A stretch of 64,000 nucleotides of DNA from a virus. Lineage: Duplodnaviria > Heunggongvirae > Uroviricota > Caudoviricetes. The stretch is from IMG/VR virus record IMGVR_UViG_3300014043_000277; one strand, given 5' to 3'. This document shows positions 44,020 to 55,427 of this stretch, piece after piece. The notes under the pieces were generated by a model. The model worked only from the letters and a program-made list of their open reading frames with translations, made no database searches and was not told where the DNA came from. The position numbers and the translations under genes were made by a program. Position 1 is the stretch's first letter. Each line of letters opens with the position of its first letter.

Positions 44020-44131
44020 AATAATATTCCAATCTTTTTGTATCCTATGTATGCAATGATATCATTATTTTTTTATAATATGGTTGATTATTAAATGTAA
44101 TAGAATGTTATTTTATTAATTCTTTGTCTAT

Positions 44132-44170
44132 GAATGATGGCGGCGCGCATTTTGCGCGCCGCCATCATTC
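44132..44170 (-). terminator. Hairpin downstream of nrdD
   Basis: GAATGATGGCGGCGCGCA/TGCGCGCCGCCATCATTC. Confidence 0.75.
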
Positions 44171-44189
44171 TCATAGCTTCATACTAACA

Positions 44190-46712
44190 TTATTGCTTAT
44201 GTGGATATTTTGCCCTATCGTCATAAAACACTTTAGCATTTCCATTAATTTCAATGCGTCCGGTTTCGCCATTTATTTCCTTTACACGAGATTCCAACTC
44301 TGAGTGACGACCATGAATCATCGGACGAATCTGTGGTTCACCGAGGTAGCCGCACGTCCGTTTAGTGACAACGCATTTTGACGGATCATCGTTTCCGCAT
44401 ACAGGGCACTGATATCCCGTCTCAGTCGGCGCAAAATCACCTTTATATCCACATACATGACATTCATCTATTGGAGTGTTGGTTCCGAGATAGTCAATAC
44501 CGATTTCATGCGCATAATCCCATATTGCTTCCAGTCCTTTCAGGTTCTGTCGCATTGATGGATATTCCACATAAACGATATGTCCGCCTGCGCTGTATTT
44601 CAGGAATGGCTGTTCAAACTCTAGCTTGCTTGCGGCACCTCCATTTTCAGCGGTATGGAAATGTTCCCTGCCCATGACTTCTTTAATGGAATCTGATGGT
44701 TCACCATCAGGGTTTCCTGATATCCATACAGGGCGATGGAATGAATTGGTATAGAAATCCTTATCTGTAATACCATCAATTCTTCCGAATTTCTCACGAT
44801 CCATTCTGTTGAACTTATCAGTTAGCGATTCAGCCGGTGTACCATATACTGAATAATGATAACCTTCTTCCTTCTCCCATTGCTTGCATAGTTCAGTCAT
44901 TTTTTCGACAATGGACAGGGCAAATGAGCGAGCATCTTCATCCCATCCCCAGTTGTTAACCCAGTCTTTTCCATAGAATCTCGCTGTTGTTTCATACAGT
45001 CCGATATATCCGAGTGATATGGTTGCGCGGTTGTTCTTCATGAGTGAATCCACGCTTTCATCTGGATTCAAACGACCTAATGCACCATATTGCCATAGAA
45101 CAGGAGCATTCAGTGGCGATGCTGTTTTAGTCCGTTGTATACGGAATTGCAATGCATGATGAGCCACTTCCATACGCTGATTGAAAATGCGCCAGAACCT
45201 TTTAATGTTTCCATTGCTTTCAATTGCGATGCGGGGAAGGTTGACTGATACAACTCCGAGATTCATTCTTCCATCATCGACAAGTTTTCCTGTTTCAGGA
45301 TCGCGCCATGCTTGCAGGAATGAACGGCATCCCATTGGTGCTTTGAAATCACCTGTTACATTAACAATGTTTTCATAGAAGAGGATGTCTGGATACATTC
45401 TCTTGCTGGAGCATTCCAGTGCGAGCTGTTTCAGGTCGTAATTAGGATCTGATGGTTCGCTGTTCACTCCATGTTTTATGGTGTATGTTAGTTTCGGGAA
45501 AATAGCGGTGCGGTGGTCTTCTCCGAGTCCTGCAATGCGTATGAGGAATATTGCGCGTGTTATCTCACGGGCGAACCAATCGGTTCCGAGTCCAAACCCT
45601 ACTGTGATAAATGGCGTCTGACCCGTGCTGCTGAAACACGTGTTGCATTGATATTCGAAAGTCTGCATTGCGTCATAAATATTCTTTCTGGTAAGTATTT
45701 TTGCATACAAACAACGGAGTTTGTCCAGTTCTGTTGCATTCTCATCGAATGGTTCGTCTTGAATGGCTGGACGTTCTGGAATATGCAAACGAGTGTTTTC
45801 ATTTGCTTTCAATGAATCCACTATTTTACGAGCCTGTTCTATATCCATTCCATCAGCGAGAACCATTGTAGCCATATCATAATTCTTACGATAGTTCTTT
45901 TCCGCGAACGGAGATAATATTTCATCGGCTCTGTTAACTGTTTGCCCGCCATACTGGTTGCTTGAAATGTTCTGAATTATTTGCGTTATTTGCGTCGCTG
46001 CTATTTCAATGCTTTTCGCTGGACCCATTGTGGCGTTACCGAGTTTGAATCCATTCTCTAGCATGTCTTTGAAATTAGGCAATGAGCAATTTGTCATTTT
46101 TGACAATGAATAGTCTGCGTCATGGAAATGAATATCGCCTTTTGTATGAGCATTGGAAACATCTTTTGGAGCAATACGATAGAACGATGCTTTACTTATG
46201 GCACCTGCAAGCAGATCGCGCTGTGTTGCATAAACGTTGCTGTCCTTGTTCGCATTCTCATTCATAATGCCGGCATCTTTGCGCAGGAATCGTTTCACGG
46301 CTTCGTTGGCATCAGTCGCTTTCGCCCTTTCTTTCATGCGTTTCATTCTGTATTCACTGTAAGCATCGAACACATCTTCCAGATGGTAGTCCTCCAATAG
46401 TGTTGATTCCACGATTGATTGGATTTCCTCGATGTTCACACTGTGTTCATAGCGTCCACGGATTTTTGATGTCGCGCTCATGGCGATGCCATGGATGAGT
46501 TGTTTATCATCCGCATCCAATGATTCTCCGTTCTTGCGGCGGATGTCCTTGATTGCGCCTGTTACCGCGTTCTCAATGGCTTCCGGATCGAAATCAACTA
46601 TCCTTCCGTCGCGTTTCTCAACTTTCAGCATGTCCTCAATGTTGTCATTGTATGCATTGTCCATGGTGTTCGTGATTCCTGCGCATGGTGTCAATACCGC
46701 TGTTCCTTCCAT
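44190..46712 (-). CDS. nrdD: Class III anaerobic ribonucleoside-triphosphate reductase
   Basis: ATP cone VEKRDGR, TNC, PMGCRS, TPAESL, YTNS, glycyl-radical RTCGYLG. Confidence 0.97.
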   Translation of the reverse strand: MEGTAVLTPCAGITNTMDNAYNDNIEDMLKVEKRDGRIVDFDPEAIENAVTGAIKDIRRKNGESLDADDKQLIHGIAMSATSKIRGRYEHSVNIEEIQSIVESTLLEDYHLEDVFDAYSEYRMKRMKERAKATDANEAVKRFLRKDAGIMNENANKDSNVYATQRDLLAGAISKASFYRIAPKDVSNAHTKGDIHFHDADYSLSKMTNCSLPNFKDMLENGFKLGNATMGPAKSIEIAATQITQIIQNISSNQYGGQTVNRADEILSPFAEKNYRKNYDMATMVLADGMDIEQARKIVDSLKANENTRLHIPERPAIQDEPFDENATELDKLRCLYAKILTRKNIYDAMQTFEYQCNTCFSSTGQTPFITVGFGLGTDWFAREITRAIFLIRIAGLGEDHRTAIFPKLTYTIKHGVNSEPSDPNYDLKQLALECSSKRMYPDILFYENIVNVTGDFKAPMGCRSFLQAWRDPETGKLVDDGRMNLGVVSVNLPRIAIESNGNIKRFWRIFNQRMEVAHHALQFRIQRTKTASPLNAPVLWQYGALGRLNPDESVDSLMKNNRATISLGYIGLYETTARFYGKDWVNNWGWDEDARSFALSIVEKMTELCKQWEKEEGYHYSVYGTPAESLTDKFNRMDREKFGRIDGITDKDFYTNSFHRPVWISGNPDGEPSDSIKEVMGREHFHTAENGGAASKLEFEQPFLKYSAGGHIVYVEYPSMRQNLKGLEAIWDYAHEIGIDYLGTNTPIDECHVCGYKGDFAPTETGYQCPVCGNDDPSKCVVTKRTCGYLGEPQIRPMIHGRHSELESRVKEINGETGRIEINGNAKVFYDDRAKYPHKQ

Positions 46713-46933
46713 GTTTTTTCTGCTCCTTTACGATGTTTGTTTTGACTGTCGTATCATGGTATCTAACATGTTTTTCATGCTGTCCTGATTCAATGTTATC
46801 ATCATCACATTAATCATGATTTATTTTTTCAGTCGGACTATCATAATATCCGAACCACTAAATACGCCGTCCATTGGAATTAATCGGACGACACATGTAG
46901 TATGCATGAAAATGTTCACAATTTTTTCACATT

Positions 46934-47341
46934 TTACATTCCATATAGTGTTTTCAGTTCGTTTTCGGATGGTTCCGGGAAGTCCAATGTGAACACGCCG
47001 CCAGTGTATTTAATGTTCAAACTGACACGTGAAACCATGAGGGAATCAAAACCGTTGACCTTTTCATCCTCCTCGTTCCAGTCAATGTTCTCATGGTTTC
47101 GTGTGAGCATTGTACTCATGCTGATAGGCGAGTGGAATTCAATCGGCATCGCGAATAACGTTGCATACATGTTCTCATCACCGCATGTTGACAGACTGAC
47201 CGCATCTGCTGTTGTCATGCCGTCAATGGCCATTGATACGACATCATTAATTGAACCGTCAGGTTTACGATAATTGACCATGATGGCGGCTGTCCTCATG
47301 TCATCGGGTGTCAGCCGGAATTTTCTATTATTGAATCTCAT
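46934..47341 (-). CDS. Hypothetical protein (135 aa)
   Basis: ORF preceded by TGATATCAT-N7-ATG. Confidence 0.6.
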   Translation of the reverse strand: MRFNNRKFRLTPDDMRTAAIMVNYRKPDGSINDVVSMAIDGMTTADAVSLSTCGDENMYATLFAMPIEFHSPISMSTMLTRNHENIDWNEEDEKVNGFDSLMVSRVSLNIKYTGGVFTLDFPEPSENELKTLYGM

Positions 47342-47377
47342 GTGAACATGATATCAGCATGAATCCATGGAACTCGG

Positions 47378-47500
47378 ATTTCGATTCTGACGGCGATTTT
47401 CATCATTTCATGAGGAACATATCGAAAACCGGGTTTTCATCGTTTTGGATTATAATAGTCATCCACGGAGCCTATTATTCTGTGCTCTGTGGGCGGCATC
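47378..47500 (-). repeat. Dispersed ~120-bp hairpin repeat, copy D
   Basis: Reverse complement matches copies B and C. Confidence 0.75.
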
Positions 47501-47604
47501 GAAATTCAGCGTTTTAATATTGCTGGAATCAGTATGAAAATCATATGTTTTTGATATGCCGGTTTTTATTGTATTCATGTAATCTGAAATATGTTCTCGT
47601 TCCA

Positions 47605-48114
47605 TTAATTGCATGCATTGGTTTCAAGCGTTGTTTTCATGTGTTTAATCGCATATTCCCCCGGATAACCATGTTCAATATTCTCAATGCTTTCATTGAA
47701 CGCATTGCAGGCGGCACATTTAACGGCACGATATGAGGAATGCATACATGAAATCAAATTCATATGAGTCTCAGTTCCATGGCTATGAATCATATATCTC
47801 ATGGTTGCTTGATGCATGATAACAGCGGCAAGCATAATGTCATGTTCCGATAATTCCGATAATGAAACCAGATTGTATTCAGGCATTGAGAACATCAGGA
47901 ACCAATGAAGAATGCAATTCATGTTTGATTACCCTGCCATACTGAACCTCATATTTAAAAGCGATAATAATATTCCGTAATACGATTGCATCCGTTCATG
48001 ATTGCAATGATAATATATGAGAATCCGATAATTCAATGCTGCTGCTGCTGTCAATGATTGTATGGAATTCATATGTAATCAGCATTGATTGAACATGCTG
48101 CTTTCCATTTTCAT
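47605..48114 (-). pseudogene. Possible degraded gene with two in-frame stops
   Basis: GAGGGAG-preceded ATG at 48114 is in frame with the 47605-47922 ORF, with TGA and TAA between. Confidence 0.3.
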
Positions 48115-48239
48115 GTGCTCCCTCACATATTCAATTTCAATCGGATGACCATCAGGAATGAGTCCAATGTGTTCAATGAGCCATATTACAGAACATTCCG
48201 GTGTTCATACGCATTATATTCATAATGGAACCTGTGTAA

Positions 48240-48599
48240 TCATGCATTATCAATCTCGCATGCATATGATGACGGCCTCGAACATATTATCTTAGTGACT
48301 TCGTTTGAATGACGCGGGAATGAATGAGCATAATCCATCATGTCGGAATCATCATAACGAATTTCAACAGGCGTATTGGCGTAAGTATTCATCACATGGA
48401 TGATAACATTGACCGCATCATTCATGTCATCAGGAGCAACATCATCCGATATCATATTGTATGACATTATTTCATCATATATGGATGTCAGAAGTTCACG
48501 TTTTATGTTCACAGTGAATACATGGATATCGGGATGGCCTTTCCTGATATCATAAGCACGTTCAATCAAACCATTCAATATTATCCTATCATTAATCAT
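48240..48599 (-). CDS. Hypothetical protein (about 119 aa)
   Basis: ORF preceded by TATCAT-N8-ATG. Confidence 0.5.
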   Translation of the reverse strand: MINDRIILNGLIERAYDIRKGHPDIHVFTVNIKRELLTSIYDEIMSYNMISDDVAPDDMNDAVNVIIHVMNTYANTPVEIRYDDSDMMDYAHSFPRHSNEVTKIICSRPSSYACEIDNA

Positions 48600-48621
48600 G
48601 TTCACAATGATAGTATGAAAA

Positions 48622-50619
48622 TCATTGAATCCATGAGAACACACGATTCCCGGACGTGCCGACGCGCAGATAACCTTCCAGCATCATAATCTGATTATTA
48701 GTGAGTCCACATGCATCCATGCTTCCATAATGAGTTCCGAGCAACCTGTCAGCACCCTGCCGGATGAGTGATGAATCCCTCACATGATTTAATGAACCGG
48801 GTTGTGACCAGCATACGCTGGCTCCGGTAGGTTCAAGTTCAATGAAACCACATGAACGCATGAAAGAATCGCGCATGGTCGAATGATCGAAATCCACATA
48901 GGAAATAACAGAGGATGGATGCATGTCAGCATTGAATGCATTGAATAGTTTAACTGCCGCTCCACGAATAATCAAATCCCTGCGAACCGCATAACGCAGC
49001 CATTCCCATTCATAATTCGCATTATAACGCGGTTTGCCGAAAGAAGCGACGGCAATGATTTCACCTGCATGCATGAGAGCATAACAAGCGGATTGGCCAC
49101 GAACATCACCTTGCACATGATTCTCACGCAGGAACGCATTGATATCACGGGATTCAACTTTCACCACATTGCAATCATGTGCGGATAGTTTACATGTGAT
49201 CGGCATGATATGCGATGCAACCAGCCCACGCATGGTTTCATAGGAATCCCAATCATAGAACTGCAGATATGGTGTATTCAATGAATCCAAAGCGCTCATA
49301 GCCCTCTGATAATGATAATCCCGTGATACCGGCTTATGCTCACCGCAGGGTTGTGTGCATGAGTTCAGAATGCATTGGAACGGGACATCCATGTTATGAG
49401 TAATGGTCGGGTTGATGTCAATGATAACATGCCGGTCATTAAGAATGCATTCAATGTCCGCATTCATTCCGTTCCCGATTGATGGTTCAAAATGAATGTC
49501 GCAATTTAAATCATTATTAAGTTTCTCAGCGATATCCCGGTTCAGTTTGCTTATCCTATGATGCGACATGTAATCAGGATCATTCGCCGCCCGCTCCGCT
49601 ATCGTCTCTGATTTCCTCTGTTGGATTTCCGGAACCTTGCTTACATTGTCCACACCGTACTCATCAATGAGCGTTTCACGGATGCGCGCTTGTATTTCAG
49701 GTGATGAGAACGGATTCTCAACGCCGTACCTGTCAATCATCGTAGCGTTTATCTTATCCTTGACTTCCGGTGCCTGCAATGACCAGTCCACGCCGTATTT
49801 CTCGCGGTTGGTCGCCATTGCCTTCTCCTTGTATTCATCAGTCTGCGTATACCAGTCCACGCCGTATTTCTCCTGATTTTGCTTACGTAGATTTTCACGG
49901 AACTCTTCTGACTGCATTGGATGTTCAACGCCATATTTCTGTTTGCATGCCGACAATGCAGCCGCGCGAACAGCTGGAATATCCAATACGCTATCAACGC
50001 CATATTCTTTTTTCACAGTATCATGAATCTTATCTTTCACTTCCTGTGATTGCATAGGATAATCAGTGCCGTAATGCTCACGTGATGTTGCTTTCTTCTT
50101 CTCCTTGACATCATCCAATTGGCTTACATTATCGACATCATACTTGTCTTTTATCAGCTTCTTGAAATTCTCGGTGCCGAACTGATAATTCTTATCCGGA
50201 TTCTCCTCAAATGTTTTCTTGATTTTAGCTTTCACCTCATCAGATTGGAATGGATTATCAACACCATATTTTTCCTGCGAATTCCTGCGGCGTGCTTTTT
50301 TATCCTTGCCACCGGCATGGGATAAAGTCGCCGCGCATTTAGTCGAACAAGTCCGGACAGCCGCTTTCCTGCCATTGGATGTGTCAACAATGAAATCATG
50401 ACCGCATACAACACAATTGCGATGATGTTCCTTAGAACAGAATTTCTGCTGCGCGTATGTAGCCTCAAAATGCTCACCGCATATCACGCATGCCTTATCA
50501 TAGGTCTTCCTGTTTTTCGCGCGCGCTTGACGGACGCATTCTTTTGAACAACATGCCTCATGTCCTTTCGGTGTGAACAGCTTACCGCAATTCCTGCATT
50601 TCTTCTGTTTCTTAGCCAT
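48622..50619 (-). CDS. Zn-finger plus YGV-repeat putative homing endonuclease with a C-terminal GNAT/Mom-like domain
   Basis: Three CxxCG..F..CS motifs, about 9 tandem KYGVDxP repeats, and FLRENHVQG..WLRYA..ISYVD. Confidence 0.7.
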   Translation of the reverse strand: MAKKQKKCRNCGKLFTPKGHEACCSKECVRQARAKNRKTYDKACVICGEHFEATYAQQKFCSKEHHRNCVVCGHDFIVDTSNGRKAAVRTCSTKCAATLSHAGGKDKKARRRNSQEKYGVDNPFQSDEVKAKIKKTFEENPDKNYQFGTENFKKLIKDKYDVDNVSQLDDVKEKKKATSREHYGTDYPMQSQEVKDKIHDTVKKEYGVDSVLDIPAVRAAALSACKQKYGVEHPMQSEEFRENLRKQNQEKYGVDWYTQTDEYKEKAMATNREKYGVDWSLQAPEVKDKINATMIDRYGVENPFSSPEIQARIRETLIDEYGVDNVSKVPEIQQRKSETIAERAANDPDYMSHHRISKLNRDIAEKLNNDLNCDIHFEPSIGNGMNADIECILNDRHVIIDINPTITHNMDVPFQCILNSCTQPCGEHKPVSRDYHYQRAMSALDSLNTPYLQFYDWDSYETMRGLVASHIMPITCKLSAHDCNVVKVESRDINAFLRENHVQGDVRGQSACYALMHAGEIIAVASFGKPRYNANYEWEWLRYAVRRDLIIRGAAVKLFNAFNADMHPSSVISYVDFDHSTMRDSFMRSCGFIELEPTGASVCWSQPGSLNHVRDSSLIRQGADRLLGTHYGSMDACGLTNNQIMMLEGYLRVGTSGNRVFSWIQ

Positions 50620-50802
50620 GATTATAATCGTCTTTTTCTATCCGAATTCGTTATTTGCTTACATTTGCAATGATATCATTTAAATGTAAACAGGATGATT
50701 TTAAGCATGTTTTTTGAAATTTTTATATGAAAAACAACCATCAGAATTCCCATTATCCGATGGTTGTTTTAATTCTATTTCATTCATGCATGCATTATGC
50801 GT

Positions 50803-50991
50803 TCATCGTCCGAACAATTGATGAGCGCCGGGTGTTATCGTATCGGCAAGCCGGGTTATGGTATATAATGTCGCATCCCATATCCAGCTGACAACACCGA
50901 ACGGATCCCATCCGAACACACGCAGCACGGCAATCAGCACGGCTGCGCTGATGATGAAAATGAGCAGCCCCTTGAAAAACTTTCCAATCAT
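50803..50991 (-). CDS. Small membrane protein (62 aa)
   Basis: GAGG RBS, TM helix; hairpin at 50731-50770 downstream. Confidence 0.7.
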   Translation of the reverse strand: MIGKFFKGLLIFIISAAVLIAVLRVFGWDPFGVVSWIWDATLYTITRLADTITPGAHQLFGR

Positions 50992-51063
50992 GACAGATAC
51001 CTCACATTAAAACGATTAACCTTATAATACATTATATCTATCAGTTATATGATATGAGTCATA

Positions 51064-52296
51064 TCAATCCACAAGTTCCTCCATGTCCTCATCCCAGTCA
51101 TTACGAGGATCATGCTTGATACCAGCCTCGCCTTTCAGTACAGGCTTGTCAAAGCCGGATGAATCACCTGGTGCCTGCAATGCCTGCACTGCCTCCGCGT
51201 GCGCCGCAGCCTGCTGTTCGCGTGCGGCGGCGATGGCTTCAATGTCATCATTGTTATCATCCAATGTCATGTTCTGCAAACCGGCGACATCAGCTGAATT
51301 TGTATTCACTGATGGTCCTGTGGACAATGGCGTCAAATCAGGGTTCAATCCTTTCTTGGCAAGCCAATCGACCATCCATGTGTAATCCTTCGTGAAATAC
51401 ACTTGAATGCGCTGCGGTTTCTGTCCGACATTCATGACAGCCGCACGGCCTTTTGGTGCCGCAGGTGTTTGTGTTCCTGTTCCATCATCGAACAACATGC
51501 TGGATGCAGTTGATGTCAAATGTCCACAGCCCGCCCTGAACATAAGATTTTCCTTTAATTCTCCGGGCACTAGTTTCGCGTCTGGTCGCTGCGTGGCGAT
51601 TAGCAAATGGACGCCCGCAGCACGTCCCAGTCGGGCTATGGATCCAATGATTGACTGAGCCTGTCCTTTCAGCTCCATTTCCTTTTTGGCTTCATCGCTT
51701 CCCTTGCCGCCACTCATGTCCAACAATTGTCCACATTCGTCCACCATGATGAGCAATGCGGGTCCGTGGTTCGGCAGGTCCGCGAAATTGTTCACGCCTG
51801 CCTTCTGCATCTGATCGTAACGGCTCATCATCTGGTCATTGCCGAATTTCAGTATTTCAACTGCGTCCTCCAGTGTCGTTGCGATTCCGAGCACGGTATC
51901 CGAGAAAATCGTATACGGCGAAAGCTCCACGCGCTTCAAATCGATGCCGAGGAATTTGATATCTTTACTGGCCGCTATGCAATGAAACACGCAAAGACGT
52001 TGAAGAACCGATTTACCGCCGCCCGTATTATGCGTCAAAACATTACTATTGACCGCATACAGATGGTCGCATGCATCCACTTTAATGCATCTCACTGGTT
52101 CTTTTTCTATTTCCGTGCTGTTTTTGATGCGATACCATCCGCCTTTCGCACCGGGAATGAGGAAATTGTCCACACCTGCATTCAAAATGTCCTCATATGT
52201 AAGATTCTTTATTTCGCTGTCGCGTTTATCCTTGACTGTCCAGATGTGCCTTCCGTCGCATTTAACTTTCATTGTGTTCATTGTATCCATGTTCAT
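51064..52296 (-). CDS. Split-intein C-half (about 90 aa) fused to the C-terminal FtsK/SpoIIIE ATPase domain
   Basis: ..HIW..PVRCIKV..VLTHN|TGGGKS, then IDLKRVEL, Walker B IMVDE, IARLGRAAGVHLLIATQRPD. Confidence 0.9.
   Translation of the reverse strand: MNMDTMNTMKVKCDGRHIWTVKDKRDSEIKNLTYEDILNAGVDNFLIPGAKGGWYRIKNSTEIEKEPVRCIKVDACDHLYAVNSNVLTHNTGGGKSVLQRLCVFHCIAASKDIKFLGIDLKRVELSPYTIFSDTVLGIATTLEDAVEILKFGNDQMMSRYDQMQKAGVNNFADLPNHGPALLIMVDECGQLLDMSGGKGSDEAKKEMELKGQAQSIIGSIARLGRAAGVHLLIATQRPDAKLVPGELKENLMFRAGCGHLTSTASSMLFDDGTGTQTPAAPKGRAAVMNVGQKPQRIQVYFTKDYTWMVDWLAKKGLNPDLTPLSTGPSVNTNSADVAGLQNMTLDDNNDDIEAIAAAREQQAAAHAEAVQALQAPGDSSGFDKPVLKGEAGIKHDPRNDWDEDMEELVD
52027..52296 (-). other. IntC of split class-3-type intein (blocks B, F, G)
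   Basis: CDGRHIW (block B His plus Trp), VRCIKV (block F Cys), LTHN followed by Thr. Confidence 0.85.
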
Positions 52297-53968
52297 TGAA
52301 TATCATGTATTTTTCATGGTTTTCTGTCATGTTTGAACCGATGAATGGTATCATTGCATATATGGCCGGACATTTGAATATTATGATGACTTCGGATGAG
52401 AATCTTATGATGTTGTTTGATGTGTCGTTGAATCCGGGTGTGAATCCTGATTCAATCGCGGCTGGTTCTGCTAAAAAGTTAAATTGGCGTTGCGTTCATG
52501 ATAACAGGCATGTGTTCAGCATGTCGCCGTCGAATCTTGTTAATCAGGGATATCGTTGCCCTGCTTGTCTGGGAAACATGTGCATTGCAGGCGTGAATGA
52601 TCTTGCGACTGAGCATCCGCGTTTGGCGCGGTTGTTTGATTCCAATGCTAACAATGTGAAGCCATCAATGATCACATCGCATGGACGCGCCGCCACAATC
52701 CATGATGAGCATGGCAGGAAAATTAACCCGTCATGGATTTGCCGTAACGGTCATTCTTTCAAACGTGCGTTGAAAGACATGGCTTCATTGGATGATTCCG
52801 GGAAACTCATGGATTTTGATGGTTGCCAGTATTGTTCAGGCAGGAAGGTTCTTCCTGGTTTCAATGATGTCGCCACGATGCATCCTGAATTAGTGCCTTA
52901 TTGGTCGCCTGCGAATAAGTTGGAACCGACTGATGTTACCAGTGGTTCCAATGAACACATAATATTGCGTTGTCCGAAAGATGGCCATGAATGGACTACG
53001 ACTGTAAATCGTGCGTGCATTAAAGGTTTCACTTGCGCTGATTGTGCTGGGAAAGTGTTGCATCCTGGTGTTAATGATGTGGCGACATTGTGTCCATGGC
53101 TTGTGAAACAATGGACGCCATCAAATGATAAATCACCATCTGAGGTTCGTGCGAATGACAGTACGTATATCGCGGATTGGATTTGCGATGAATGTGGTTA
53201 CGAATGGCGTGTGAAGGTGTCATCACGATGCTATTTCAATTCCGGTTGTCCTGCTTGTTCGGTATTCAATGCAACGGTTAATAAGAATAATTCATTGGCT
53301 GCGAAACGGCCTGATATTGCGAGATTCTTCGATCCTGAGTTGAACAATGGCGTGACAGCGGATGAAATCAGGGCTGGTTCCAGCAGAATATTCAATTGGC
53401 GTTGTCCGAATTATCCTGATCATGTTTTCACCATGAGCGTATATGCGCGCTGTAAGATGAAAGGCGATTGCGTGTATTGTTCGAATGATCGTGTTCTCAT
53501 TGGGTTCAATGATCTTGCCACGACGCATCCGGGATTATGCTTGGATTGGTCGCCATTGAACACATTGAATCCAACTGATGTTGTCGCTGGTTCTGATATC
53601 ACTGTGAAATGGAGTTGCCATGTTTGCGGATGGGATTGGGAAACCCCTGTGTATAAACGGGCGACGGCAGGGCGCGGCTGTCCGAATTGCGCTCGAATAT
53701 TGTTGAATTCGGGTTCGAGTAATTTTGAGCGTGAAATTCATGATTTCATGCAATCATTGTGTCCGGATATTGGTTTCATTTCGAATGACAGGAAAGTGTT
53801 GAATGGCAGGGAATTGGATGTGTATGCTCCGGATTTGCATATCGCATTGGAATTCAATGGTTTGAAATGGCATTCATTGGATGCATTGCAATCAAGGACT
53901 TCGGATGCGTTCAATTATCATCAGTGTAAAACAAAGGATTGTCTGGATGATGGTATAATGCTTGCTAT

Positions 53969-55427
53969 CAATCATGTGAGAGAACACCGCACTTCAGGGC
54001 GGTGATGAATCACGCACACATAACCAACTCTCTATATGGTGCTTTCAATCGAGAATTATCTGGTATTTTTAAATCAAACTTTGCATTATCCAAGAGAATA
54101 TGATATCATAGTAAGCATGAGTTCATACAGGCGCTATAATTATCGTGCATACCTCACGCAAGGTCAACGCGCGGCTTTAACGCGCCTGTATGGAGCGTGT
54201 AGGTATGCTTACAACTGGGTTATAGACCAACGTGAGATCATGCGCACCCGCCATGGTAAGATGCAGACTTACGCGCAGCTGAGTAGCATGTTCACACAGT
54301 TGAAACAAGACCCTGACCACCAGTGGCTTCAGAAGATGTCATCCACACCGTTGCAACAAGCTATCCGTCATGCTGACACAGCGTATAAGAACTTCTTCAG
54401 GCTATATAATGCTGGTAAAACCAAGATCATTGTTAATAAGCGCACTGGTAGGAAACGCATCACAGGTAAACCGCGCTTCAAGAGTCGGAGGGACGGCGAG
54501 CAATCCGCTGAGTTCACCAAAGCTGCACGATTCAAGGTCGAGCATGTGAATGGATGCAAGTGGGGTTTTCTAACATTGCCTAAAATCGGACGCATTAAGA
54601 TTCGTTGGACACGCGATATGCCGTCAATGCCGAATAGTGTGAGCATGATGAAGCATGCTGATGGCACGTACGAGGTTAGTTTCGTTGTGCAGGTCGATGA
54701 CATTATTATCGCACCAGAACCGCTGCATGATTCGTGTGGTATCGACATGGGATTGGATTCTCTCATGAGCATCGTTTACACGGACGGAACCCGTGAGAAA
54801 ATACCGCATCCTCGCACGCTTAAGAAACATGCTCACAAACTACGCAAGCTTGATAAACAAATGGCACGGCAGAAGAAAGGTTCAAACAATCATGCGAAAA
54901 CACGGACACTGAGAGCAAGAGAATACAGTCATATCAAGAACCAGCGCAAGGACATGGCGTTCAAGCTGGCTTCTAAGGTGGTGGGCGAGAACCAAGCCGT
55001 CGCTTTGGAGACACTGAATGTTAAGGGTCTTGCACGCACCTGTCTGGCGAAAAGCCTGTTGGATGCGAACTGGACTCGCATTATCGACCGCATCCAGCAG
55101 CTCGCCGCGCAGTCTGGCAGGGATTTTCATCAGATTGACCGCTGGTATCCCAGCAGTCAGATATGCTCCGTGTGCGGGCATCGTGATGGTAGGAAACCAT
55201 TGAATGTGCGCGAATGGCAGTGTCCTAATTGTGGCGCGTATCTGGATCGTGATTGGAATGCTGCTTTGAATATTCTTGACGCGGCTGGACTAGCCGAGTC
55301 ATTAAACGCCCTGGCTTGCGCCAGTCACAACGCTGACGCCAATGAAGCGGGAACCCACCGAACCGCAAGCCTCCATTAAGGCGACCGGCGTAGGAATCCC
55401 ACACCTTCATGAGTGGGAGGAAGTCAA
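53969..55427 (+). mobile_element. IS200/IS605-family non-autonomous element (tnpB only, IS1341-like), 1459 bp
   Basis: Subterminal hairpins at both ends, right end GTCAA, inserted 3' of TGCTAT, no target duplication, precise excision restores the host ORF. Confidence 0.92.
54117..55379 (+). CDS. tnpB: RNA-guided endonuclease TnpB
   Basis: HTH_OrfB N-terminus, RuvC GIDMG / LETL / DRDWNAA, Zn finger CSVC..CPNC. Confidence 0.95.
   Translation: MSSYRRYNYRAYLTQGQRAALTRLYGACRYAYNWVIDQREIMRTRHGKMQTYAQLSSMFTQLKQDPDHQWLQKMSSTPLQQAIRHADTAYKNFFRLYNAGKTKIIVNKRTGRKRITGKPRFKSRRDGEQSAEFTKAARFKVEHVNGCKWGFLTLPKIGRIKIRWTRDMPSMPNSVSMMKHADGTYEVSFVVQVDDIIIAPEPLHDSCGIDMGLDSLMSIVYTDGTREKIPHPRTLKKHAHKLRKLDKQMARQKKGSNNHAKTRTLRAREYSHIKNQRKDMAFKLASKVVGENQAVALETLNVKGLARTCLAKSLLDANWTRIIDRIQQLAAQSGRDFHQIDRWYPSSQICSVCGHRDGRKPLNVREWQCPNCGAYLDRDWNAALNILDAAGLAESLNALACASHNADANEAGTHRTASLH

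Noticed and set aside
46850-46905. Tandem NrdR boxes upstream of nrdD
   Set aside because: Only weak partial matches to the consensus; cannot be supported without a matrix scan.
47605-48114. Stop-codon recoding
   Set aside because: The interrupting stops are of two types (TGA and TAA) and conserved genes use TGA/TAA as normal stops; decay is more likely.
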